A model generated the notes under the pieces. It had not been told where the DNA came from. It saw only the letters and a program-made list of their open reading frames with translations, and did not search any database. Positions 24,168 to 39,611 of a stretch of 64,000 nt of DNA are shown here, in pieces. The DNA comes from Mobula birostris (lineage: Eukaryota), in NCBI RefSeq assembly GCF_030028105.1, contig NC_092402.1, positions 64,901,110 through 64,965,109 on the forward strand, written 5' to 3'. A program made the translations under genes and the position numbers. The stretch's first letter is position 1. Every line of letters starts with the position of its first letter.

Positions 24168-27100
24168 GGTGAAATTAGAGTTTTGTTCTCTGGTTCCGAG
24201 TTTGCTGGAGCGATCAGTCCCGATCTGAACTGCTGGCGCAGGTGAGAGCGGCTTTGAGCTGCTTTTATGAGCAGTGCGGATCTGGGCTTGGTCAGGGTGT
24301 CAGCTGACAGAAATGGGCATGGTAACATCGAGATAGAGGAGGAGCTAGGCACACCCTCTCCCATGGGTTCCAACCTGTCCGCTTGTGCATGGTAACCGCT
24401 CTCGGGGCCTCGGGCCAAACTGGCGTCAGCAAGAATGAGTGAGTCCGGGAAACAAGAAGAGCTCCCTCCTGGAGCTCAAGCTACGCCGATCAAGAGCGGA
24501 GAAACGACCATTAGGTGTCAGTTTGACTGCCCAACCCACCTGACCCACGGTGGTTGAGATACATTGTACAGATAGGTGGTAGATTCAGAGTATCTCCATC
24601 ACTGCAAGGCATGCTGGGACATTTTGAAAGCAGCTCCCGGTTCCCGGTCATTTTACTTGCCCTCCGAATTCCCATACCGACCTGGCTGCCCTGGACGTCC
24701 TGGATTGCAAGGATCATGCTAGAGGAACAGCACCTCATATTCCCTTTGCCCCTCCACCTATCTTTGCATTGTCTGTAAAATTTGCAATAAAGTCATCAAT
24801 TCCTTCAACAAATGATTGACTTATAATATAAAAAGAATTGGTCCCAACATAGACCCCTGTAAAACACCACTGGTCACTGGCATCCAACAAGAACGGGCTC
24901 CCTTTATTCCCACTCTTTGCCTCCTGCCAATCAGCCACAGCTTTACCCATGCTAGAATCTTCCCTGTAATACCATGTACACGTAGCTTGTTAAGCAGCCT
25001 CATGTGTGGCACCTTGTCAAAGCCCTTCTGGAATTCCAAGTGTACAAGATTAACCAATTCTCCATTATCTATCCTGTTTGTTATTACTTCAAAGAATTCC
25101 AACAGATTTGTCAGGCAAGATTTTCCCTTGAGCAAACCATGCTGAGTACAGCCTATTTTATCTTATGCCTCCAAGTATCCTGACAGCTCATCCTTAATAA
25201 TCGACTCCAACACCTTCCCAGCCAATGAGGTCAGACTAACTGGCCTATATTTTCCTTTCTTCTACCTCTCTCCCTCCTTGGAGAGTGGAGTGACATTTAC
25301 AATTTCCCAGTCTTCTGAAACCATTCCAGAATCTAGTGATTCTTGAAAGATAACTACTAATGCTTCCACGATCTCTTCAGCCATCTCTTTCAGAACTCTG
25401 GTGTGTACACCATCTGGTCCAGGTGACTTATCTACCTTCAGACCTTTCAGCTTCCTGAGAACCTTCTCTCTAGTTATGGTAACTTCACACATTTCATGCT
25501 CCCTGACACCTGGAACTTCCGCCATACTGCCCTCCCCACCTCCCTTATTCGGTTCCATCTTTCACCTTCATCTCCTATCAGATCCCACCATCTGCAACCC
25601 TCTGTCACGTCCACATGTCTCCTCCCAGTCTCTGTCACTATAGGGTCACAATTCTACAGTATCATGGCTGCCTGGTCTTGGCCTCAGCTCCACTTTCTCA
25701 TCCCCTTCCCATCCCATATGTTTGACCGAGTCAGTGGATGCTGGAGCTGGTCTGCACTTCACATTCATCTCTTGCGCAGTGTCTACGTACCACGCAGCTC
25801 ACTAGTCCTGGCAGTCTCCCTTTTGTAGCTGTTACGTGAGATGGAGCAGGCCACAGGATGTAGACAGTGGAAACAAAGGCCCTGCCAGAGAACCACCCTG
25901 ATGGCTTTTTGGCTACTGATGTTTTCAAGGGCCCTTAAAACTTTCAGATATTGGTGGTAGTTAGGCATCTGAGTAATTCAAAAGAATAGATGCTGTTGTG
26001 AAAATATATTTATTTCCTGTAGGATGTTCACTTTCTGTAAATGAATGAAAAAATAATACAAATATTCACTAAAGTAAGCAAACTTGTCATTTTAATGAAG
26101 GGAAGCAGCACAGATAAAATGACTGCGGTCCTGCTAGGTGAAACCTCTATGCTAGTGTAAGCTGAAAGGCCAGAGTAGCTTTGGAGTAAGGACTGGTGCA
26201 TGTAGCCTTAGCTGGGGCCTGTGAGTGTGCCCTTGACTACACCTTTGCTTGTGGAAAGTGGGAGGAATCAAAAGAGAAGTTACTAAGGGTAAGGACATGC
26301 TCTGCCAGGCAGAGGAACAGTGTTGACAGAGGACTGCACACACAAAATGCTGGAGAAACTCAGCAGGCAGCATCTGCGGAAAGGAGTAAACAGTTGATAT
26401 TTCAGGCTGAAACCCTTCTTCAAGATTTCCAGCATCTGCAGATTTTCTCACGTTGACAGAGAGTAACTGGTTGCATCATTATTCCGGAGAGATGCTGAGG
26501 GCCCAAAGACCATTATGCGGTAATTCTCTTAGATGTATAGAATTTTCAGCAACCATTATTTTCTGCTGCCTCAAAAGGATTATCTTGTTAACTGATGAAA
26601 TACCATCATATATTTACTGTACTTGATGGTTTCGTGGCACAGGGGTCGGAAAGAATGTGAGAAACCTCCTGGACTTCATGTCCTCATTCAGGTCGGTCTG
26701 AAACCTGGGTTTGAGAGGAACCCACTCGTTGGTGCAAGAACTCAGCTGCGTGTGATGAAAATTGCTAACTACAGAAAAAAAATTGTTTCTCCTGACGGGT
26801 GCAACACTACAAATGCTTCATTTGCTGTAAATTTATGCTGAAATACTCCTCAATACGACTGATCAATGTTAATGCTTAATCGCAACAATTTATATGTGTC
26901 AGAATATAGGTAGTGATTGTCTAATGAAAGGGACTTGACCCTGAAAAGCATTTTTTCAAGCAAAATTTCATAAATGGAGATGGCTGTGTGAATTCCATTA
27001 ACTTGAACCTGAACTTCAAATGGTACAATTTGTTATTATGCACCATGATTGACACATCAAGGAGATATAAAGATTTCTAAATAGAAAGCACATACCCTAG

Positions 27101-28360
27101 AAGGTCAATAAATTTTTTTTTAAAGTTGTTAACCAACATTTATATATTGTTTGTATAAATATATTTGAAACTGTAAAAAACATTGCAACCCATGTTTACA
27201 AAGTATCTCGGGTTCCAAAGAAATGTTTGGAGTTTTCTACCAGGCCAGAGGTCTTCCAGGTTAGTGCATTATTCATGATACCGCACAAAGATGTTCACAA
27301 TTCTTGCCTATTATATGCTATTGTCTTTGTCTCTCTGTGTCCATCAGAATTGTTGCCTTTTATTACCCTCTTGCTACAATTTGGAAAAGCTATGCCAATT
27401 GGCTAATGTAGCATATATCTTCCCTCACAAGCTTTCCCTGTGCTTTAATTCCCAATTTGGCGAAGCAGTTGACTGAGGTCACAAGTTGAACATGCTTCAT
27501 ATTTGCCTCTATATGTGTTGCAAAACTGTCTAATATGCCTCCAATGACATTTCTGCTTAGATTTGATCAAGGGCAGCTGATGTCCAATGGGTCTAACAAC
27601 AGATCTTGGAGAATTCAGAAAGTGTGATTTTCTTTTTGTGCGATCAGAATGCCACTTTCTTTGTGGGAAGTAAAGACAGTGTCTGGGTGTCTGTGTTTTC
27701 TCCAACCACGCTGAGCTGCTTGGCATCAAATTCTCTTCAGATGCACAATGCGGCAGGTCCTCTCCAATTTGGTCTCATTTGGAAGCTAATAATAGTCATA
27801 GGCATAGTCATACTTTATTGATCGCGGGGGAAATTGGTTTTTGTTACAGTTGGACCATAAATAATAAGTAGTAATAGAACCATAAATATTTAAATAGTAA
27901 TATGTAAATTATGCCAGTAAATTATGAAATAAGTCCAGAACCAGCCTATTGGCTCAGTAGCTTCCACTATGAGCTGATGGTAGTACACGTGCAAGTAATT
28001 GGTTTGATATTGTCACATGTACTGAGAAGATGTAGAGAAATGCTTTTGCTTTGCACGCCATCCAGACAGGGTATCCAAACGTAATAACTTCGAGGTAGTA
28101 CTAAAGGAATACAGAATTGTTGAGACGAACAGCTGAACCCAAATGCAGGACACTGATACAGAGAGACAGAGTTGACACCGGCAAACAACAGCGCGGAAAG
28201 AGAATCTAGAATACACAATTGTAAGCGGCCTAGGACGTGAACTAGCACACTGGCTGAAGCAACGATCTGGCGATGAGTGGATGGAAAGCCGGGGTACTTA
28301 CGCTGCAGGTTAGATGAGATTCAGGTACACCGCAATCAGGAAGCCCGGGAGAACAAAAGG

Positions 28361-28429
<69 letters not shown>

Positions 28430-31400
28430 GGAGCTGGAGAAACACGCGGGGAAAGGGAATTAGGAGAACATCAGGAATAAATAGAAGGGACGGCCGGGAC
28501 CGTGACAAGAATTTAACAGAGCAAGTGCAATACAAGTTGACAAATCAGGTTCAAGGTTGACAATACATTTTCACCTAGCAAACACATGGAATTTGTACAC
28601 ATTTATTGTATGTATTTTGCCAATCTCGATAATGAAAGTATTGTTGTTGACATTTAGATAGCAGTGGCACTTTATTTTCTATGCCTAATTCAGAAGATGA
28701 AACCATGCTTAGGATGTTGTTGGGAAATAAGTAGTGTGTAGTTGGAGATTTTGGTACAAGGCTTTAGAATCACTATCCTGGTTTTCTCAAGGCATCAGCT
28801 TTATTTGTGCTCAGGATTATGCACGTTACTTCATGATCTGCAGTATTGCATCTCTTGCTGTCAAGTTGCATAATCCATGGTGAGATTCCAACAGATGATC
28901 TGCTTGCCCTCAAAAAGCCACTTACACTGCCATTAGTGAATTATCGGCAGAGAAGATCACAGGGAAGCTGATGGTGGGGCACGATCAGCTGCATATATAG
29001 CTTTAACCATGCTCAAGATGGCAACTACTAACTTGCCAAGCTCACCTACTTCTGGCTTAGCCATCGATCCTCAGCAAATTGCTGAGAACAGAACCTTACA
29101 TTAATGACAGCAGGGATATTGACTCCCTCCTTCACGCCCAAGGACAAAGCTGGGAACTGGGCCATGTATGCAGCTGGATGTGGGCAGGAAACATCGATAT
29201 GAACATGGTCCTGGAACGTGCAGTCAGAAAATGGCCGGGAGGTAAATGGGTGAATGGAGTATGATTAAGTACCTGGCCAGAATCAAGTTTATAATTATGG
29301 CTGAGGTATGACTAGGAGAGGCACCAATTGTGCAACCTGGAGCAGAGTTAGATGTGCAATAGCTACTCCAGTTAAAAGCAATTGTATGCAACTTCCACTC
29401 TGTGTACTTTACTAAATTTAGGGCACTGGAACCTTTGATAATGCTGCAGTCACATCCCAATAATGTGTTTGATCTTTCAATGACTTCAAGAAGTGGGATG
29501 GAGAACACACCCATGTCTATCAATGGTGCTGTAGTGGAGATGGTTGGGAGTTTCAAATGACCAGGTGTACTTATCACCGACAATTTGTCTTGGCTCAGCT
29601 ACATGGATGATACAGCCAAGGAAGCACATTAGTGCCTCTACTTCCTCAGAATTCTAAGGAACTTCAGCATGTCCCTGATGACCCTCACCAATTTTCACAG
29701 ATTCTGTATGTAAGCCCCCCTGGCAAGCCTTAGGGTCGCTCAACTTGCTGTCGTCTCGGGAAACAGCCCTCGGCCCCACCAAACTGGGTAATTAAGTTTG
29801 CGTGGATGCTGTGTGATGTAACCCACCCTGCCAAATAACAGACAATACACCATATATGATAAAATGAATGACAGTTTATAGAGATTACTGGAACTATATA
29901 ATGAATAGACATAAAATATAAAAGGAAAATGAAAGGCACCACACTTATCAAAGTTCAATCTCTTCGTGCACAAACAGTTGGAGCTCTAGTAACGATCCTC
30001 TCTTCACCATTCGTTCCCCTCTGACCACTTCGACGTGCCGCCTGGGACCAACCACGGTGGTCGACCAGGCGCTCCACACGAGTCTGTCGCCGTCTCCTCT
30101 CCTCACCGAAGACCCCGGACCTTGGACTCCTGCTCGGGTCCGACCCCGTTAGCCAGCTCACAGCACATTGTCCATCCTCTCTCTGTCCATGGCGCCTTCT
30201 CCCCAAAAACCCACGCATCATAATAACTTACAGACACACTAGAAAGAATAACATGGATGCCCATTGGTTCATTTGTTCTCTTATCAACATGATAACCCAA
30301 ACAAGCTGTGAGCGAGAGAACTTTCTCAGCAGTTAACATAACAAAGAAGCCATTTTAATTATAACACAACAAAGAAGCCATTTTAATTAGCCTACGCAGT
30401 AACATAAAAGAAGAAACCCCTTACATATAAAACATACTATCTGGATGCTCTGAGTTAGCAAGAATCTATGAACCCCCACCTTAAATACACCTGATGACGT
30501 GGCCTCCACAGCCAATTATGGCAACAAATTCCACAGATTCACCACCCCCTGGCTATAGAAATCTCTCCTAATCTTCATTCTAAATGGACGTCCCTCTATT
30601 CTGAGTGTATACCCTCTGCTCTGAGACTCACGCACTATGGGAGGCTACTTTTGAGATCGTTTTTGATATTGTTGGCTAGCTTACCTTTGTAGCTCATTTT
30701 TTAGCTCCTTATGGCTATTTTAGTTGTCTTCTGTTGATTTCTGAAAGCTTCCCACTCCTCAAGTTTCCCACTAATTTTCCTTCTATTATATGCCCTGTGT
30801 TTTGCTCTTATGTCGGCCTTGACTTCTCTTGTCAGCCACTTGCCTTGAGAATATTTCTTCTTTGGGATGTATCTGTCCTGTATCTTCCAAATTGCTCCCA
30901 GAGGCTCTAACCATTGTTGCTCTGCCGTCATCCCTGCTAATGTTTCCTTCCGATCAGCTTTGGCCAGCACCCCTCTCATGCCTCTGTAATTCCCTTTACT
31001 CCACTGTAATACTGATACATCTGACTTTAGCTTCTCCCTCTCAAATTGCAGGGTGAATTCTATCATATTATGATCACTGTCTCATAACGGTTCCTTTACT
31101 TTAAGCTTCCTCATCAAATCTGGTTCATTACACAACACCCATTCCAGAATAGCCTTTCCCCAGTGGGCTCAACCACCACCTTCTTTAAAAGGGCCATCTT
31201 GTCCGCAATCTACAAATCCTCTCTTGCAATCCAGCATCAACTTGATTTTCCCAATCTATCTGCATATTGAAATCTGACTATTGTCACATTGCCCTTTGAG
31301 ATGCCTTGTTTATCTCCCGTTGTAATTTGTTTTCTTAGTGATTTCCAATTTTCAATTCATCCTATCTTCCTGCAAATTGTCTACATCCATTCATTCCCTG

Positions 31401-33053
31401 CCTGTTCACGTGGCTGCATAAGTGGTTCTAAAATGTTCATATCCTATCTACTTCCAACAACCAGTGTTTCAGCACATTCTAGGCATCCACCACTCTCTGT
31501 ATAAAGAACTTGACTTGTACATTTTCTTTAAACTTTCCTACTTTCACCTTAAATCTACGTATGTCCTCCAATATTTGACATTTCCACCTGGGGAAAAACT
31601 CTGATTAGTTACCCGATCTTTACCTCTCATAATTTTATATACTCTTTATCATGTCGCCCGTCAGCCACCAACACATCGAATACACTCCAATCCATACAGC
31701 ATCCTGGCGAATCTCTTATACATTCTCGGTCCAAAGTCCTTCCATTCTTCCTGCAGTGCAGAAACCAGAATGGGACAAAATACTCCAAATGTGGCCTAGC
31801 CAAAGTTTTGTGTAGCTACAACATGATTTGCCAACTTTAACTCAATACCCTGACCAATGAAGGCAAGCATAACCTACACCTATTTTACTACCCTAATCTC
31901 TTGTACTATCACTTTCTATGGATATGCTTTGTAGTTCTTCTTGTAAACTGGAGATTGGAAATTGCAGGCCTATACTAACTTGAAACAGGTGAGAGACTGT
32001 TTCATCCAGGACGCTCACTGCCCATAGATGAAGGTTACTTTCCTCATTCAATTTGGACTGTTTCCCATGGGATTGTTCTGATTCTTTGTGTCTCTCACTA
32101 TACCTTTCAACTGGGCAGCATTTACGATGCTCAGAACCCTTGAGAGAAAGGAGAATATTCACACGATTAAAATTTTTTTTATCAGATTCCAATGGCACTG
32201 TAGTGCAGTTGTTAGCACAATGCTTTACAGTGTAGACAACTGAGGTTCAATTCCCGCCACTGCCTGTAAGGAGTTTGTATGTTCTCACTGTGACCGCGTG
32301 GGTTTCCTCCGGGTGCTCCAGTTTCCTTCCACAGTCCAAAGACATACAGGTCGGTAGGTTAATTGGTCATTGTAAATTGTCCCCTGATTAGGCTAGCGTT
32401 AAAAATTGGGCAATATGGCTCGAAGGGCCTGTTCCGCGCTGTATCTCAATAAGTCGATAAATATGTTCTCTAAGACAATGTAAAAGTAATTTCTTTGGTG
32501 AAGGAGGAGCTAGCTGGCTGCTATGCTTGGACTTGTGTGATAGCTTTAAACATATTTTATGTTTCTTTCAGTAACCTTCCTCTAACTTACAAATTATTTC
32601 AAAGTTCTTGAATTTCTGACAAAGGTATGATGGTTTCTCTTTTCAGTACTTGAATAATGTGCTTAAGCAAAGAAAGAGTCCAGATTGGCAGATTCAAAAA
32701 TTTCAGTTTATTCAGTGTTACAGAAATGCCACAAAAGATAAATCCCCAACATAAAATGAGTCAAAATCACAAATCAGAGCACCACATCTAAAACTTTGAT
32801 TAATTTCCTATTTTCAAAGGCCCAAGAAGTAAAGGATGAACTTTCCACTTTTCCCACAAACCCAAGTTACAGACTAACTTGACGTTTGCTGTGTATTGGT
32901 TAATTTCATGTTGCTTAACTATGTAAAATTGAGTAGAATTCCAAGATCAGGCAGAAAGTTAATCTAAACAAGTTAACCACTTCACTGAACAGACTGTGTG
33001 AATGAAGTATAAAAACTGGCAAGAGAGTCACCAGAGACATAACTGACAGTAGT

Positions 33054-36000
33054 TTATAACTGATTGATTGAAGATCCACTTCTGCTTGAAGAGGTCTGCT
33101 GCACTGAGCTCAGAATTACTGCTCTTTTTCCACCAGTTTCCATCTCACTGCCCCCTTTGAGGTAGCCAGACATACCACTACTTGCGCTGCTGAAATCCCC
33201 AAAACTTCCTGTAAAAGGGAGAGGAAAGGAAAAAGACACTTTAGAATATGCATCCTGAAATTGAGAAAACAATTGCAATGACATCAAGCAGGTCACAATC
33301 TTAACAGAGTAAAACAGCCCCAAGTGCTTCACGTAACTTTTAGTAAGCAAATGCTTGACTCTAAGATTTTATGTATACAGATATATCAAAGCATTTTGAA
33401 ATCATAAATTTTAAAGGAGAGAGAAAAAAGGTGGAAATGAAATTTCGAGAAAGAAATCACTGAAATGTAGGAACTACTTATCCATGAGTGCCATTCCATC
33501 AGTCATGGCTCAGGGTGTGCAGAGTAGTTTACAGAGACAGGGAAGATCTTTGCTATGGAAAGATTTGAAGACTCAGATCTTAAAACTGAGGTATACCAGT
33601 TTAGGAGCCAATATAAGTCAGTGAGCACAAAAGATGATGGGGGGTAGAATAATTTATAAAATGGACGACATACATTCAGTGGCCTCTTTATTAGGCACAC
33701 CTTGTACACCTGCTGGCTAATGCAAATATCTAATCAGTCAATTATGTGGCAGCAACTCAGTGCATAAAGGCATGCAGACATGTTCAAGAGGTTCAGTTGT
33801 TCAGATCAAACATCAGATGGGGGAAGAAATGTAATCGAAGTGACGTTGACCCAATTGATTGTTGCTGTCAGACGGGATAATTTGAGTCTCTCAAGAACTG
33901 CTGGTCTCCTGGGATTTTCGTGCACAACAGTCTCTAGAGTTTACGGAGAATGGTACACAAAACAAGGACAATCAGTGAGTGGAAGTTCTGTGAGTGAAAA
34001 AGCCTTGTTAATGAAAGAAGTCAGAGGAGAAAGGCCAGACTGGTTCAAGCTGACAGGAAGACGACAGTAACTCAAATTACTACGTGTCACAACAGTGGTG
34101 TGCAGAAGAGCATCTGAAAGGCACATAATGGTTAAACCTTGAAGTGGATGTGCTACAGCAACAGAAGACCATGAGCAGGTACCTAATAAGAGTGGCCACT
34201 AAGACTACGGTAGCTTTGATTGAAAATAAACTTATTGCAAGAATTGTTAAAGACTTCCACGTGTTTCTAAAATGACTTCTACCATGACCTGTAGTTTCTC
34301 CTCTACCATAATCAATGGAGTTTTTGGCTGTAGTTCATCTATTTCCTGCATTTCTGCTCTCCATCCCTCACCTCTCAGACAGAGCAAGGACAGAGATCCT
34401 CTAGTCATTATCTTCCACCTCACCAGTTCAGCGTTTAACAGCTCATCCTTTACAATTTGCACCAGCTTCCACAATATTCCACAACTGGATACGTCCATAC
34501 CTTCCCTGCCTTTCATCATGTAAACGAGACTGTTCCCTGGGCAACTGTCTTCTATCCCAATGTCACTGCGTGTTTTGTGAAATTACAGGAGATGCTACAC
34601 CTGTCCGTTCATCTCTTTCCTTCCCAGTGTCTGGGGATGCAAACAGTCCTTCAAGTTGGAGCAGCAATTCACTTGCACTTCTTTCAATCTAGTGTCTTGC
34701 ACTCAGTGTTCACAGTGTGGTTTCCTCCACCAGCTGCAGACGGAGTGACAACATTGCAGAGCACCAGGAGTGACCAAAGCTCCCTTTTGTTGCCTATTTA
34801 ACTCTCCATCCAGCTCCCACTCTGACCTCTGTCTGTGGCTTCAATTTCTAATATTCAATTTATAATATGCTGATATAAGGAGGACCAACATGCGCTTTGC
34901 AACTCATTTTCTGTTTGGGCCATGTTGCTGCCTTCTCCACTTGAAATTGAGTACGGCGACATAAGGGAACTTAATTCCTCTATTTGCACACCGATTTACC
35001 TCACTTTAAAAGTAGGCCTGGCCGACTGGACACGTCAGACAGCCTGACATTTCACACCTTGTCAAGTTCCTCTGTTTGTATTCTCACTCTCTAACTGCCT
35101 CGATTAACCCGTCGACTGGGTGACGCCAACAACTTATCTAAATAGCAATCTTGGCTTCCCCCTATCTGAGATACTCCCTTGGTCCTATTGACCTGTCCCC
35201 CACCTTCCTGGCAACTTAAAACTCTTACTTTCTTTCTTTCTCAGTTGTGATGAGCGACTTTTGACATGAAACATTGACTCTATTTCTCTTCCCTTGGATG
35301 CTACCTGGCCTGCTGCGTATTTCCAGTGTAATTTTTAAATTTCATATTTGTAGCATCTGCATTTTTTCACAGTATCAGAGGAGCCCGATGCTCGGTTTTG
35401 GATGCTATCACTGAGATCATGATCATAGGTGAGAAATAGGCCTTTGCAGACTTTGGATTATAGGAAATAAGCTGCCTACCAAATGAGAACAGGGAAGGAC
35501 TATTCAAAGGTGAAGCATTGTTCAAGTTCAAGGTTATTGTCATTCACTCGTGCACATGTATACCGCCAAACCAAACAATATTCCTCCAGACCAAAGTGCA
35601 CAACATGGTATATACAACTCGCTCAGAACACATAAAGTAATATAGCCACAAATAAATTAACAAATAATAAGGGTGCATTGACAACACAAGTTAAAAAGTA
35701 AACAGTATAACGCTGCTGGTGCTTCATGTGTGATGAGACCTGAGAGGAGGCAGGGAATTCATTCGTCTTATGGCCTGGGCTAAGAAGCTGTTTCCTATCA
35801 TTGGACAATGGTTAAACAAGCAATGGCATCTTTTGTTGCAAACAGGTAAAGAAAGGACAAAGAGGCATTGCTGACCATGGTCACAATCGTATGGGGTGTC
35901 AGGGTGTCATTCAAACCCCAATTTAGGACGCAACGGGACATTTGAGGACTGAAGGCAACAGAAAGATGTCAAAGAGGGTGTTGATTTATAAGAAGGAAAT

Positions 36001-39000
36001 GTTAAATGTGAGCCTTTTTTGGGAAGAGTAATTTTAGAGCATGTGAAAGGGAGAAGAGAGCAACAAAGGACAGTGAACCATTGATGATATCAATTCAGGA
36101 AAATCATTTGGAAAACATTCATAAGAAATACAATCACAGAAATGAGTACCACTGCTCTGAAAATGTACAACAGAATGATTTGTAAACAGAACAATGAGGT
36201 ATCAAGACTTGGAGAAGAACGAAGAATATTTCCAGAATATTCCATTTTTCATTTTGCGGTTTGTGTTTTGGTCAGTAGTTAAAATTTCAAGCAAGGATTA
36301 TACGTTCTCTTACCTTGCTGTGAAACTTGTTGGACGCTGAGGGTTTTGACGCCTTCTACCATCCTGTTGATAAAGGAAACACTTGTGTAACAACAGCCAT
36401 TTCTAGGATGTTCAGAAATATATCTTTTTCAAGTTACCAAGGGTTTCCTTCTGAAAGCAGCAATGAGCTGCATGGGTGAAGTTGACGGGCACATTGACTC
36501 TGTCGAGCCTTGCCCGAGACACTGATTCTGTAAGTTCGAGTGCTGCCGGTGAGCAGCAGTAGCCTCGTCAGTGTGCGCAGGGAGCTATTTGTCAGCCTGC
36601 TTATGTTGTACAGTGCTTCATCCACTGCAGCATCAGGGGAGAGTTCACCTAGTGGTGACTGAATCACTGACTAGATGTTCATTCGGAGACTGAGTCGGAT
36701 GTATTTCTGGGGTCAGATGAAAACCAGCCTTTAAACAAAAGTAAGTGCCACTCCCTGGACCAAATGCCCCATTAAAGACAAAGACTCTAGTAATGAAGAG
36801 TGCAATAAAGAGCCCGTACAGATTGTAATCTGCAAGTACGCAGGACTGTGGCATAAACCCAGTGTGATATCTGGAACTTGGAAAAGACCAAAGCCCTACC
36901 TGATTTCCTCTTGCGCCAGTAGTTTACTGTAGGTGTTAATTTCGATATCCAGAGCCAACTTGACATTTATCAGCTCGTCGATTTCACGAGTTTGCTTGGC
37001 AATCTCCTGTTTTGCTTTCCTGATGGCTTCTTGCAGATCAACGATATTTTGTTTACTGTCTTTGAGAGACATCTCGCCACGTTCCTCGGCTTCAGCGATC
37101 GCAGCCTCCAGTTTCAAACGCTGAGACACACAGAGGTGAGTGTGGACATTTTTGCAGATTATAACATGAAGCCTTGCCAACATCCCCACCCTGCTATCGG
37201 AAAGAGCCATACTGAGAGTAGAGTATTGCAGATTGGCTTAGGAGTAATCGAGTTCACAAGGGTTACAGTGGAAGGAACCAGCCAGGTTGTTACTACTGAA
37301 AGTTCCCCAGTGTATGATTTAGCTCAGATTGACCTGTGTTTCAGCTGTCTCTTGGTCATTTGCTTTGGGCTGGGAAGAGAAAAGTGCAGATGCAAGAGAC
37401 GGCAGATGCTGCAGTCTGGAGTAAGAAAATAGCAGAACTACTGCAGAAGATCAGCGGGTGAAGTAGCATCTGTGAAGGCATAAAGAATTATTGACCATTT
37501 GGGTCGGGTCGCTGCATTAGGACTCGGGACTTGAGAGGAAAGACAGCTTGCTACCGTCGTTAGGCCGCAACCAAGATCTCTTGTTTGCTTTCACTTCCTG
37601 ACTTACCTGCTGCTTTAGATACTCGATGTCCCCAGTCAGCTTACGGATGCGACTCTGCAGATCATTACACTCCGATTTGATCACTCGCACTTCTTCCGCA
37701 TGACCTCCAGGCATTGTGCTGAGTTCCACCATCTGCAAGGAGACACTGGTAGACGTTAGTAAGGGTTTCTCCTCCCAGCACAGAGGTCAGAGCTATCAAT
37801 GCACTTCTACGTGGGGCTGGAGCTGGAGCTCACCTTCGCCTTTTTCCAGTTCTCAGCATCATCACGGCTTTTATCTGCCATACTTTGGTATTGGGCCTTG
37901 ACTTCACTGATGATCTGGTCTATGTTCAGGTTGCGGCTAGTGTCCACCTGCACGCTGACAGCAGTGTTCTGAATCTGTGACTCCAGCTCACGGATTTCCT
38001 AAAGATGGGCAGAGCAAAACTAATGTAAGGAGACTGAATTGAACAGCAAAAGGACCAGAAGGCTCTTGCACCATGTAGCATATTTACCTCTTGGAAGATT
38101 GTCTTCAGGAATTCAATTTCATCAGTCAGGCTTTCTAGTTTTGCTTCCAATTCCACCTTGTTCATGTAGGATTCATCAACATCCTGGAGAGAGTAGGGCA
38201 CAAGGTTTGTAAATCTATTGAAGACCACTGATATGGTCCTACAGAGAGCTAGAAAGTAGTGCTCACCTTCTTCACCATGACAAACTCGTTTTCCATTTCA
38301 GTTCTCCTGTTAATTTCATCTTCGTATCTGAAATGAACCACTGACGTTACTGGCAAACCCTTGGAAATCAACATTTCTGTCCCATTTCTTCGACAGGGCC
38401 ATGCTGGTTGTCGGAACTCCTTGCTCCCTGGTGCTTAGCCAGGGTTTCCTCACACTTCTATTTATCCCCGTGTGTGCACCGCTCTTCCTGACATTTGATT
38501 CCGCAAGACACAGCATCCCGCTACGCCAGACAGGTCGACCGTGCCGCGCCTCGACGGAATGAAACAACATACGCTGCCGTCCCTGAACTGACGACTATTT
38601 CGGTGACTCCCTGAGCTCTGAGTGACACCTCTCTATCCAGACCTCAGTCTTAACGGAGCTCTCCCCGACGAGCACTTGCCCGACCCAGCTTCCAGACCTC
38701 CACTAGCTGCTGTTAGGTTACCAAGAAACCCAGTGGAAAATAGCTGATTGTAACCGGGAATTGTTCGAACGTTTACCCCGCCCACGATTTGCCCGATTCC
38801 GCTCTTTTTTTTCTCTGAACCAGTGAACAGATACGGGACGAGTTACAGATACAGACGAGTTGGGAAATCCTGGTGGGAGACAGTACACTTACTTGCCCTT
38901 AAAGTCCTCAACTAGACCTTGCATCTGCACAAGGTCCGATTCGAACTTCAGCTTCTCCTGCCCAAGAGTTTCCAGTTGCCTCTTGAGGTTGTCAATGTAA

Positions 39001-39611
39001 GTTTGGAACATGTTATCGATGTTGGAGGTGTACGTCCCCTGCCTCTTCAGGAGCTCCAGTTTGACCTTCAGCTGAGCATTTTGCTGTTCGAGAAGGCGAA
39101 CCTGCGGGTAAGGAATGAACACACGCTTAGATTTTTGCATTGAGCTGGCGAGGAAGTGAAAAGAGACATTTGCACAGTGCTGCCAAGACAGGCGCAGACA
39201 GAGCTGGATACGGTACGGTACCTGGTTTATGAAACTTGCGAACTGGTTGTTGAGCGTAGTGAGCTCCCTCGTTTCCTGCATACGAACTTGCTGCAGACTG
39301 GTGTCATTTTGTGGTAGCGGGGCGCTTAGATCAAGGGCCGGCATCATCGAACTGGAACTGAAATTTGAACTTGAACCGTAACCTGAAGCGTAACTTGAAC
39401 CGCTTGAACCAAGCCTGAACGATGAGCCAGAAAGTATACGTCTTGCCCCTCCGATACTTGGTCCAATTCCGGCTCCAGACACACTCATCGCCTTTCTGCT
39501 ACTAATTCTTCGCGACGACCCCATGGCGCCGCCAAGACTAGACCGCATCGATGGGCTGCCTGAAAACTGCGTGGTCTGTCTAAAGGACCTTTTGGTGTAA
39601 GAGCCGCTCAT
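33054..39611 (-). CDS. Type II keratin (keratin 8-like, divergent), copy 3
   Basis: Exons 39222-39611, 38893-39101, 38267-38327, 38088-38183, 37834-37998, 37607-37732, 36900-37120, 36314-36363, 33054-33208. No coding difference from copy 1 was seen. Confidence 0.95.

Noticed and set aside
9077-24494. The 15.4-kb unit as a giant transposon (Helitron, Maverick, Teratorn) that captured a keratin
   Set aside because: No TIRs, no TC...CTRR ends or terminal hairpin, no TSD and no transposase, helicase or polymerase ORF. It fits a plain tandem duplication.
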